Source: Paragordius varius (Eukaryota > Animalia > Nematomorpha). Taken from it: a DNA stretch of 64,000 nucleotides. Positions 53,901 to 64,000 of this stretch are shown here, one piece after another. The translations under genes and the position numbers were made by a program. How positions within the stretch are numbered: position 1 is the first letter of the stretch; each line of letters opens with the position of its first letter. Below the pieces are notes generated by a model, which saw only the letters and a list, made by a program, of their open reading frames with translations, was not told the DNA's origin and did not search any database. The stretch spans positions 14,818,001 to 14,882,000 of the forward strand of contig OZ176050.1 in assembly GCA_964247055.1 (NCBI GenBank), written 5' to 3'.

Positions 53901-55823
53901 TCACAAAAAAATTCAATAAATCTGTCAAGATGGCTAAGATAGCCCTTTACCTGTTTTGTGGGTTTTATTTTTACTTTTCTAAATCTATCATATCGTAGGT
54001 GTATTGTAATATTAAGCAATTATCCGAACTCAAAACATACACCGCAAAAAAATCATTAATTTTCTTAACATGCTTTGAGGATTATTCAGTATAAAAAGTA
54101 AATTATAGATGCTAAAATGCAGAAAAGAGAAATTAAAATCCTCAAAGCCTCAGATTACCTATTTATGACAATAGTGGGTTATTCTAAGCCGTTTAAAATT
54201 GTGCAATATATAATGTTTTATACAGAGATTAACTTAGCACGGGTGACCATATGATCTAATCAAAAAGCATGACAAAAGCATATAGTTGAAATTTTATTTC
54301 GGGCTAATATAATCACACCCTTGAGAAATAAATTTCCATTATAAGTCTGTAGAAAGTGTATGGCTTAGGATCAAAGGGACACTCCAAACCATTGAGATGA
54401 ATAATATAATATAACGAAAAAGAGGGCGTTTGCTGTTTGCCCATCATAGTTTATTAAAACAGTAAAGTAAAAACTAAAGACAAATAAATTATTAAAGGAC
54501 AACCATATTTTTTAAACTTTGTTTTTTTGATAAATCTCACTGTTTTGTGTAAATAAAAAATAGAGAATTGGTAACTAAACATCCATTTATATATTACAAA
54601 ATTGTAATTATTTTTAGTTTATGTATAAAAGATTAAGGTTCAAAAAAGTGTTGCCTTTAAAATATTTGTATTATAGTTTTACATTTTGTGTGTATAAATC
54701 CAATTTTAAATATACCATTCACAGTTCTAATTCACCCTTGAACAATTCAAATTCCCCCTTGAACAATATAAATTCACCTTCGAACAATTCAAATTCACCT
54801 TTGAACAATTCGAATTCACCCTAAAAATAAATTATGTGTTTTCGAACTAATATAACTCATTATTAATGAGAAATATATCTTTATGTCATATTTTATTATT
54901 TTTTCAATATTATTTCAATTTAAAACAAATTTTTTTAAAAAAATATACAAAAATATTAGGTAATTTTTAATCTAAAAACATGTATTTTATTTGAGGGTGA
55001 ATTTGAATTGTTTAAGGGTGAATTTGAATTGTTTAAGGGTGAATTTGAATTGTAAATGGTATATTTTAAATTTAGAAACTAGAGATGTTTTATATAATTT
55101 TATTTATAGGTATATAGTTGCCTGGGGACCCTATTCCTTTGTTTGGTTTTTGTGTGCCGTTGGTTATTGTGATTATGTGACACCCTTCATGTCAATGTTA
55201 CCAGCTATCTTTGCCAAAACAGCGGGTCTTTACAATCCCCTCATCTATATGGCTTCTCATGATAAGTTTAAAGATGTAAAATTATTTGATTTAAATTGAA
55301 ATAGGAGTTTTGCTTATTTGATAGTTTCAAGGTTTAGACTAGGCTTATTTTTGGGGCAAAATATAAGGGGAAATGGGTTGGAAATGAACCGTGCTCTGCT
55401 CCTTAACACTAAAAACAAATTTTACCCGTAAAGGCCAAAAAATCAATACACTACTTATTACATGCATTTTTAGCTTTGTGCTTGCATAGGTCCTTAAAAA
55501 GAAGTACCGTATTTTCCGTGTCATAATGGAACGCGTGAAAGAGGAAGAAAAAGCTCAGAAAGAAGCTCAAAAATCCGAGGTTTCCATGGCAACCACAGAA
55601 GTTTCAAGCGCTGAATTTGGTGGAACAACTTCAGTGGGTCCTTCTACGGCCCAACCCTTGGGGCCTGGGGATGGTAAAAAATTGAATGAAGCCACAAACG
55701 CTACAACGGATAAAAGTAATTTTTTGGGGGATTTTTTTCGTATAATAATGTACCCTCCCTTATGAAAACTTTATACTTTTTCATATTGCAGAGAATGGGA
55801 TTGAAAACATAGAAATGAAGTAA
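50921..55823 (+). CDS. Rhabdomeric (Gq-type, melanopsin-related) opsin, ~443 aa, 7 exons
   Basis: Exons: 50921-51210, 52429-52562, 53086-53342, 53735-53961, 55110-55275, 55490-55715, 55792-55823; 1,332 nt with consistent phases. Seven-TM GPCR motifs: SLQSPSNFIIMNLALAD, RWVFGPLGCDIYGF (C110; Y at bovine position 113), AYDRL, YGLEGFLTTCTIDY (E181, C187), AWGPY, PAIFAKTAGLYNPLIY (retinal-binding K296 and NPxxY), HDKFK. S/T-rich C-tail. The last exon assignment is less certain. Confidence 0.92.
51902..52272. mobile_element. Foldback-like element family F-A in opsin intron 1
   Basis: TA|TACCATTTACAGTTCAAATTCACCC plus about five 21-bp subrepeats, a ~200-bp AT-rich spacer, then about four inverted subrepeats ending GAATTGTAAATG. 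Confidence 0.8.
54713..55061. mobile_element. Foldback-like element family F-A in opsin intron 4 (complete copy)
   Basis: TA|TACCATTCACAGTTCTAATTCACCC[21-mer]x~4 … GAGGGTGAATTTGAATTG[21-mer]x~3 TAAATGGTA|TA. The spacer is homologous to the 51902 copy. Confidence 0.85.
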
Positions 55824-57089
55824 ATCAAGGCAAGAATATTTAAATCTTTTAAGATCGTGTGTACGTTAATAATGAGACGGTTTCCTTTAATATATTTTTA
55901 TCGATATAACTCAAAAATGCACCCTTTTTTATGTTCAATTAACAATGATAATATATATCCACGATAAAAGTATAATTATTTATGTACCCATACCATCCTA
56001 CAATTATACATTTTTATTTATTAACCCCACACATCTCCTTTTATCATCATAAACCAATATATACTCCAAAAAATAAAATACTCTGATTTTTTTGTATTTT
56101 AAAATTTAATAAAAGAACTGGAAAAGAAAATATGAATTTATATGGAACAAATCTAAAGTTATAAGAGTATATGCGTTACAATGGGCGCCGATCGAAAATA
56201 TGATAAAGTCGATTAAAAGAAACTAGAGTGAGTTTAATAATTGATCCATTTTAATTTGGCAGTTGAACGAAAGTTCCGATATTCAAGAATTCTGGAATGC
56301 AAGAAATGCGGAGTAGAACGCCCTTCTGATATACGATTTCGGCTTCGTCACCAAATCCAATCGTGAGATTATTGGGTTACTGTTTGATTATAAACTAAGA
56401 ATAATAAATGTTAAAGCTAAAGGATAAGAGAAGTATCAGAGTTTTTTCCTGACCAGGACTTAAACATAGTACAAAATATAACTCTAAAACTAAATGAATT
56501 ATTTATATTCTGATACATAAGTATATCTGCATGATGCTTTATGGAAAAGTTATTTACACTTTTGAGCTCATGAGTTCATATCATAACATGGCAAAGTGGG
56601 CACATTTTGTTAAATAAAGTTTTTTGATGGTGCTTCGTTCCATTAAAAAATATCACCAAAATATATATAAAAACTAATAAGAAAAAACTATATTATTATG
56701 AGAGAGTCAAATTTTCTAGTCCCCCCTAAAATAAACGTAATGCCGAGATCGGGTGATAAAAATTATAAATAAATGCTAATTTTTGACATCAAAAAGGTTT
56801 TTCCCGAAAAAAGATTATTTTGGTAAATTTAATTTATAGATATCTATTTTGAGGGATAGAAACGGCGTAAAAACGCATTAAATTATCATACTTTTTCTAT
56901 ATAATTCGAAGCTAAACATTTCCATCACATCAAAATTTTAGTTTAGGAATCCTTTTATTAAAATTGGGGAATTCTTGTGAAAAAACAAACAATTTAAATT
57001 TAATTTAAGGACAACGAATATTTGGATCAAAAATCTGAGATTCGAAATGTTTAGCACTATCGAATTACAAAAAAAGTGTATTAAGATAT

Positions 57090-58415
57090 TGTTATCTTGT
57101 AAAGATAAGGGGAGGAGATAATATAAGAAATGAGAAAAAAATGAATTATAACAATAAAATTTCAAGTAACAAAGATTATAATATTTACATATTACACAAA
57201 AAATATTGAAAATAATACAATTCAAATAACGGTGAAAGTTATGATATGTATTTCACATTTGCATGTAACCCAGAGAATTATGATATTATAAAAATAACGT
57301 ATATCTTCCAGATTTGCATAACATCACTTCCCCCTTAAGAGAACCGGACCGGCTTCCGCCGAATTCTCTCGGGGTAACGACGCTCGTGCGGATTTTCATT
57401 GATATTGTCATTATTGCTATTAATGTTATCATTACTACTTTTTTGAGTGACCGGTGTCGTTAAGTTGGCGGTGTGTCGACGAATCTTGGTTTGAAAGATA
57501 ACATCCTATGTTATGTGTGTCGACGTGTTTCATTTGATCTCTGCATCATGCCACCCTAGACCATTTCTTTTAAACTGGTCCAGGCGCACTGAAATACTAT
57601 CGGCGCTGTAAGGAATCTGAACAGTGTCCTTTTGTAACTGACACATCCTCTTATTGTTGAAATCGTCGAGGGTGTAGCTTTAACTCGACCTGGGGAGGTA
57701 GGCGTCTTACCGATCAATCTTATTGCAAGCTTGTCCGCGCCACTCTTAGTTACCCATTCATCAAATGTTGAATGATGTGCGAGTCCTCCCCAGTCATTTG
57801 TTGATAATGATTCCAAAGTTGCTATAGAATAGCCCGTTCGCTTTCAGTGCAATGGCGGTTGAACATTTTTTTGGCAGTTTGATCTACATTAGCGAAATGG
57901 TTGGGTTTTCCGCATTTGCAATTGCGGTTTCAGGCGGGACATTTGCTTGGCCCATGAACGCTCCAACCCTTGCGCGAATTGTCCGAGGCTTTGTTGTAAT
58001 CGATTAAAATTATAACCATTGTTATAATTGGTATTATCATTATTTTTGATGGACATGTTGGTGATATTGGCAATTGACATTGTCATGGTTGTTGCATTTT
58101 GGACTCTTCCACCATCCGAGTTTGGAACCCGATGGGCTCACTGATGTGTTAGATTAGTTGTTAGATTAGTTCGGTACTCGAATTGCCACCAATGTTATCT
58201 TGGTATGATAAGGAGATGAGATAATATAAGAAATGAGAAAAAAATACAATAAAATTTCAAGTAACAAAGATTATAATATTTACATATTACACAAAAAATA
58301 TAGAAAATAATACAATTCAAATAACGGTGAAAGTTATGATATGTATTCCACATTTGCATGTAACCCAGAGAATTATGATATAAAAATAAAGTATATCTTC
58401 CAGATTTGCATAACA
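57090..58415 (-). mobile_element. Complete miniature LTR retroelement (TRIM-like; internally deleted Ty3/gypsy, Mag-like)
   Basis: Direct-repeat LTRs at 57090-57323 and 58193-58415, each TGTTAT…ATAACA. The 5-bp TSD GATAT lies on both sides (57085-57089, 58416-58420). On the minus strand, PBS TGGTGGCAATT starts 1 nt after the 5' LTR (58181-58191) and PPT AAGGGGGAAGTGA abuts the 3' LTR (57324-57336). Internal remnants: Gag zinc knuckle HGPSKCPA*NRNCKCGKPNHFANV and Pol tail ERRYPERIRRKPVRFS*. Confidence 0.92.
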
Positions 58416-58697
58416 GATATCATGAAGTGTTTTGATACTATTTGCATCATGCCTCAAATTGATAAGTAGGCCTCCACTTCATTTATAGTTAAAATTATCA
58501 AACATTGCTCCTATGTATTAGATAAAAAGAGCTTATATATATTTTTTGTAACTTCTTGATCAATCAGGGAGAGCTCCAAAACACGGTTGATAAGAACAGC
58601 TGATATTAAAATAAAAAATATCAAATTTTTGATGATAAAATGTGGCCTGAAAGCATTATAAATTTTATTAATATTTTCTAACCATAATATACATTTA

Positions 58698-59388
58698 TAC
58701 CATTTGCACTTCAAGAGTGTCCTTGAACACTTCAAGTTGGTCCTTGAACAATTTAAGTTAGTCCTTAAACAGTTCAAGTTGGTCCTTGAACAATTCAAGT
58801 TGGTTGAACATTTCAAGTTGGTCCTTGAACACTTCAAGGTGGTCCTTAAAATTAATTTTGATTTAACGATAATTTTTGCATTTATTTTTTTATTTTATTA
58901 TTTATTAACCTAATTTTCTTTATTTATTATATATTTATTCATTTAAAAATAAAATTTTATATTTAAAAACCACTTTTATGTTTTAAACTATTTTTTTTCC
59001 AATTTAACAAAATTATTGACTTTTAAATGTATTTTAATTAATAACCCAGAAAACTTATATATTATTTTATTTCGTGTTAAAATCTTAAAAATATCTAAAA
59101 TTATTTTAAGATATCGATAAAGATATACGGTTTCTTAAAAAAGTTGATATCGATTTAAAATTGATGTTAAATAATAGAAAATAGGGTAAAAACAATAAAA
59201 TAGATTAATTATTTACGATTTTATTGATAAAAGTTAAAAACAAAACAAAAAAGTCAAAGGACCAACTTGAACTGTTCAAGGACCAACTTGAACTGCCTAA
59301 GGACCAACTTGAATTGTTCAAGGACCAACTTGAGATGTTCAAGGACCAACTTGAAGTGTTCAAGGACACTCTTGAAGTGCAAATGGTA
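58698..59388. mobile_element. Foldback-like element family F-B (21-bp subrepeat GGACCAACTTGAACTGTTCAA)
   Basis: TA|TACCATTTGCACTTCAAGAGTGTCCTTGAACACTTCAAGTTGGTCCTTGAACA… and …TGTTCAAGGACCAACTTGAAGTGTTCAAGGACACTCTTGAAGTGCAAATGGTA|TA. The outer ~50 bp form a perfect inverted repeat, with 6-7 subrepeats per arm and a ~400-bp AT-rich spacer. Confidence 0.88.
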
Positions 59389-61064
59389 TATATAACTGTT
59401 GCAAAACAATTTAAATAAATATATAGGAGAAAATGGTTGCAAAAAAGTTTGAAATAGGGTTTTTTACAATTTCATACTTTTTAATATTTTTTGTACGCGC
59501 CCAATAGACTAAAGAAAACATATTTCTAAATTCGTATTATTTTAAATTATAGTTTTGAATTGCTCTGGGATGTATCCCAAAAGGTAGTAGACTGTTAAAA
59601 ATATGTGGCTAAATCGGCACTATCTTTCAGACATAGGCCAGTCATGCACAGAATCTTAAAGCGAATTTTCCATATTAGAAAAAAAGAGTTAACTTAATGC
59701 GAAGTATTCCGTATAAAATATACTCCAATTTAAAAAGTTTTTATAAAAAATAATATACCGAACAACGTCAGGGTAACGATGGCAAATTTCTATTTCAGAC
59801 ATATAAAAATATTAATTATATATATTATTATAGTGATATTATCAATATACACAAATTGTGAGGCCGATTTAAAAGGATAGTTTTTTTATCTAATTGCAAA
59901 CTCTTGTCGAATGGCATCATCAATGTTAATGCTGATATATATGATTGTTTTCTAAAATTATAATTTAGTGCATTATTCATTGATATTTAATAAAACGATA
60001 AGATTTGCGTGAGTCATAAAAAGAAATTTTAAAATCTTTTGTTTAGGGATGCAATTCGTCTAACATAAATATATTCTTTGCAAATGTCAGTTATAATTCC
60101 AGAGTCAAATCCATAATTTTAGTGTTTTTGGTTAAAAAAATCACTACCTTTTAATCCAAAATAATTCTGAAGTCATTTTGCCTATACGTAAAATCATTAA
60201 TAAACCAATTTTCTGGATATTTCAATAAGCTATGACATTGAAAGCGTATAAGACGCAACAATTAGCTTTTACAAAAATATAAATTATCTCATTATATTTC
60301 ATTCGCGATATGTGGGTTTTTAAAAAAATTATACCAAAAGTTTTTAACGCTTTGTTTATGCACCATGTTATTTTAACATAAAAACATGTGATTAACCCGT
60401 TCGTATCTGAGATGGAGGTAATTACTGTTTTGAAAGTTGTTTTGGTAAACTTTAAATCAAATTCGTTTTAATAGATACTTCAAAGTCCAAAAATAGATTA
60501 ATCTAATTCAAACGGTTGATTGGAAATTTCGAATTAAATGCTTTGCTAAGTATTTATTTTATGTAATTAGGTAAATTAAAAAATCCAATAAAAATCACGA
60601 ATCCGATTATATTTTGATATAAAATTATATCATTTTCAACGGTGAATTTTTAATTTAGATGGTTTTTTTTCACCGTTGGAAAAATAATTTTTATATTGAG
60701 TTATCTTTGGATTTGTGTTTATTGGATTATTAAATTTACACAATTTTATAAAATAAATTTTTATATTATTAGTATATTGGTATGAAAAAAATTGTTTTAT
60801 ATATTAGCTAATTTATAATATTATTACATGAAAATCTATAGATAAAATAGGACAAGGTTTATATATAATAAGGATTGTTATTGATAAACAAACCGGCATA
60901 TTATTGAATTTCCAATATCCTATTCCAAAAAATATTACTCAGGGTACGAAAGTAGCTCCTAAGGTTAAAATTTTTTAATAAAATATATATATATATATAT
61001 TCAAATAATATTATATTTAACATGGAAAATCTTTATAGGCTCTTAAAACTAAAATATGTGACTG

Positions 61065-63720
61065 TCAATGTGATGAGATGAGACATGGTAATAATTTGGC
61101 AAGCCGAGACTCCGCTCGACTCCTACGGTCATGTCCAAAAAATCCATGGCTCCAGTGTTGGGGACAATAACTGTAAAAGGGATAAATGGAAACAAATGGT
61201 GGGGACATATGTGTCCTCAGCAAAAAATTTGGGAAGGCGCCGCTTATTTGTGGATTCAACTGTATGACCATATTGCATATTGATATGCTACTTAAATTTC
61301 TTAAATATAAAAAAATAATTAAGGTGAAAACACAGATACCATTGCAGTGAAGGCGACCGCGAAAATATGGCAATGTAAGGGTGTCTTTTCCATTAAGAGA
61401 TAATGTAAAATAACCAGAAAGATTAGGCATCTTTGAACCGATGGATCCTAACATTAAACCTGTGCATGGGCCACGCCTATGATGAATATGATGAAACCTA
61501 AAGAGTTAAAAATATGCAGCCACTTTTGAAGTAATACCCCATTATTCCTACGTGTGTCAAAATAGAAGGTTTAATATATTTAAAAAATGACCAAAAGACG
61601 CCTACCTGCAGATGATAATGGCAGAGGTGTTCAAATAATTACTAATCATTTCGACGCATAAAGGTTTTTATAAAGATAAGAACAGGCTCTTTGGACGAAT
61701 AAACTGCTAGTGGACAGTCCGCCAAGTGTTTATTTAGACGTCTCAGTGACTGGAAAAACAAAAACTGAAAACATTAACAATTTAAATGACTTACTCACGT
61801 CTCGATAAGATCGTAGTTACGACAAGATATAATGATAGGTGCGGAATCAGTGAACAATAAATGTCGAAAAGGTGTATAATTCCAGATGCAAAATTAAGAC
61901 AATTGAGGATTTAAAATGTGGATATAAAGTCGTTATATAGTTTTGTAGAATTATTAATTCATGAATGATTACGTTGGTCATTTACTTAAATTAACTAGTA
62001 ATAACACCAGTTTGACCTGGACAGAGGAACATGAGAATAGCTGGAAAGCAGCTAAGATTTGTTAAGCGAAGCTTTAAAACCGTATAATCCAAATAGGAAG
62101 TTGATAAGAAAGGTGCGTTTTGGATTTGGATATATTTTAAGTCATGAGCCAATTAGAGGATCCCGATCGCGTTGCCCTCTAAAAAGGTACTAATACTAAA
62201 CGAAATTCTCCCGCTATCGAAAGAGAATCGAAAGCATTATTTGTACTAAGAAAGTTTCATAGTTTTGTGTATGGAAGATTACTAATATTAACTGATAACC
62301 ATTAGTAAAGTTAACTATTTAAGATCAAAACTTATAAATATACATGCATGCTGAGGTGTAAGATGGATAAATAAGATAAATGAACTTGAGATAAATCAAA
62401 AAGGAGCCCATAATAGAACCAATTATATGTTTAGATGGCCGATTGACGAGATCGATGTCTATGACAAAGAAGCGAGGACCCGATATCTGAATTTTTCTAT
62501 GATGACGTGCGGCTAAGCATAATTAAGAACCGCGTTAAATCCGGTATTACAGAGAGTCAAAGCGTTAAAATTATTACTGCATTACAGAATTAAAAAAGCA
62601 CCCCTTAAGAGAAGTTTGCAATATGGCTTATTAAGTTTAAATGATCGGATTAATACCCAAATCTCTTCTAGTGCTAAACCAGCACAGCGGTCAGAACAAC
62701 GTATAATAATAAAGTGGGTAAATTTGGGAGTTTCGAAATTCAAAACAACCTGTTTAAATCAGTAGGTCAGTAGTCAATGAGCTTGCCAACTTAGTTGGCC
62801 ACAACCCCAGATTTCCACTTATCAATTAAATCAGAATGTTGCTGTTGTGTCGGAGTGGTTACATGATATAGATGGCGGCAGATGGTTATTATTAATTGAT
62901 AACTCATAGAGCCTCCAAATGGGCAAGAGGGTTATTTTAGATAAGGTAACAGCAACTTCTATAAACTAGAAGAACATTTGCAAGGTTTGCTTTCTTAAGA
63001 GGAAGCGACAATGCATCGTATTGTAATAAGTATTTTAATTAAACCTGCATATTAAATTTACCCCTTTTGCTAAAAGGGATGGTAGATAGGTTAATTGATA
63101 CAAATAAATAAATATAGAGAATGGCGCTATATCAACCCAAAGCTTTTAACATTAGCCTATGGGGGCATAGAAACTTTATACACTTGACAACTGATGAAAC
63201 CCCGGCTTCAATGTTCAACGAATACTCCAACCCCCTAACCTGGTTAAATAAGCGATATCAATAATTGCGCCGAACATCATGCCATTAACCCGGTAAGTAT
63301 CAAAGACTAAGTACAGGTTGACAAGCTGGAGAGATCACTGATTCTACAGGATTTTAGTGCAAGTGTGGGACAAAGATCAAGAAAAACTCCTGAAAGAACA
63401 GGCCGATCAAATCATACATTGGCCGAAAGAGCAACCATTCACATTAATTAACACCAGTGATCGCAACCACTTTCATGCAGGATGTTGTAACCTCTGAAAC
63501 TCAACCAGATAAAATCATCAAGACCAATGATGGAATTAAATCGAACACCGAGATAGTCTGAAGCCCAAACAATAATTGTAAGAAAAGTATAAGGAATCAG
63601 AGGCCACAGAAGCAGCCATGACCAGCTCCCCGGCAACTAACCCTACCAAAAAAGACGTTACCCTACAAGAGCCTATCAGAAACCCGTTTTTTGCCGTTAT
63701 AAAAGGGAAGTGCTGTTATA
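61065..63720 (+). pseudogene. Decayed Ty3/gypsy pol (protease-RT-RNase H-integrase remnants) ending in PPT and start of a 3' LTR
   Basis: Frame-broken motifs: VYLDVSVTGKT (~61730; cf. YLDD), TWTEEHENSWKAAK (~62015), PYNPNRKL, FGFGYILSH, AIERESKALFVLRKFHSFVYGRLLILTDNH (~62215-62300; RNase H), IDGGRWLLLID (~62870; integrase), HLTTDETPASMF, RRYPTRAYQKP. These are followed by AAAAGGGAAGTGC|TGTTATAG at 63701-63721. No 5' LTR was recognised and the 5' boundary is approximate. Confidence 0.85.
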
Positions 63721-64000
63721 GTTGCACTTTCATTTATATAAAGTACGCTGAAATATAATTTTGCTACATATTAAATTTTTTAAAAAGTTATCATTTTTTT
63801 AATATAGTTAATATAAAAATTTATAATTTCTCTGCATTTTGTAAACTAGCCTATTTCAAACAAGCGAAATTTGGGATTTGAACACTTTATAATTAAAAAC
63901 TCTAAAAAATATTTTTGCTCTATATTTGTAGTTTATGATAATTTTGGTATAATATTTTTTGGAATAAAGCATTTATAGCTTTTTTAACACTCCACCATTT

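Noticed and set aside
59224-59418. ORF with coiled-coil-looking heptads (KDQLELF)n, and similar ORFs at 58511, 58704, 59254, 51664, 54621 and 54991
   Set aside because: They are translations of 21-bp (7-codon) transposon subrepeats, appear on both strands, lack splice or start context, and lie inside inverted-repeat elements.
63448-63636. Hydrophobic 62-aa minus-strand ORF resembling a small membrane protein, and 61065-61454
   Set aside because: They are antisense to decayed gypsy pol sequence.

Overview
A strongly AT-rich, intron-containing animal (invertebrate) genomic window. The ORF track uses bacterial-style starts and fragments the real spliced genes. I rebuilt four + strand protein-coding genes by hand from GT-AG junctions, and the reading-frame phase is consistent at every junction: (1) the 3' end of a single-pass membrane protein gene (1-1837); (2) a 33-exon gene for a ~2,874-aa secreted protein with EAR/EPTP-type repeats at both ends of a long 'ING' repeat rod and a Thr-rich tail, Closca/Polehole-like by inference (5307-26170); (3) chaperonin CCT5, 9 exons, 540 aa (42324-47867); (4) an intact rhabdomeric/melanopsin-type opsin, 7 exons, ~443 aa, with non-canonical DRL and HDK motifs (50921-55823). 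The rest is a dense, varied set of repeats: a ~7.9-kb G-poor 21-bp satellite with higher-order duplications, two subfamilies of foldback-like elements whose TIRs are built from 21-bp subrepeats, many Tc1/mariner-type MITEs, hAT- and piggyBac-type MITEs, a tRNA-Glu-derived SINE, a Helitron-like element in two copies, a decayed IS630/Tc1 transposase with DD30E spacing, a mariner fossil, a complete 1.3-kb miniature LTR element and a gypsy pol fossil. The species cannot be identified from the sequence alone, and no database search or alignment program was run.
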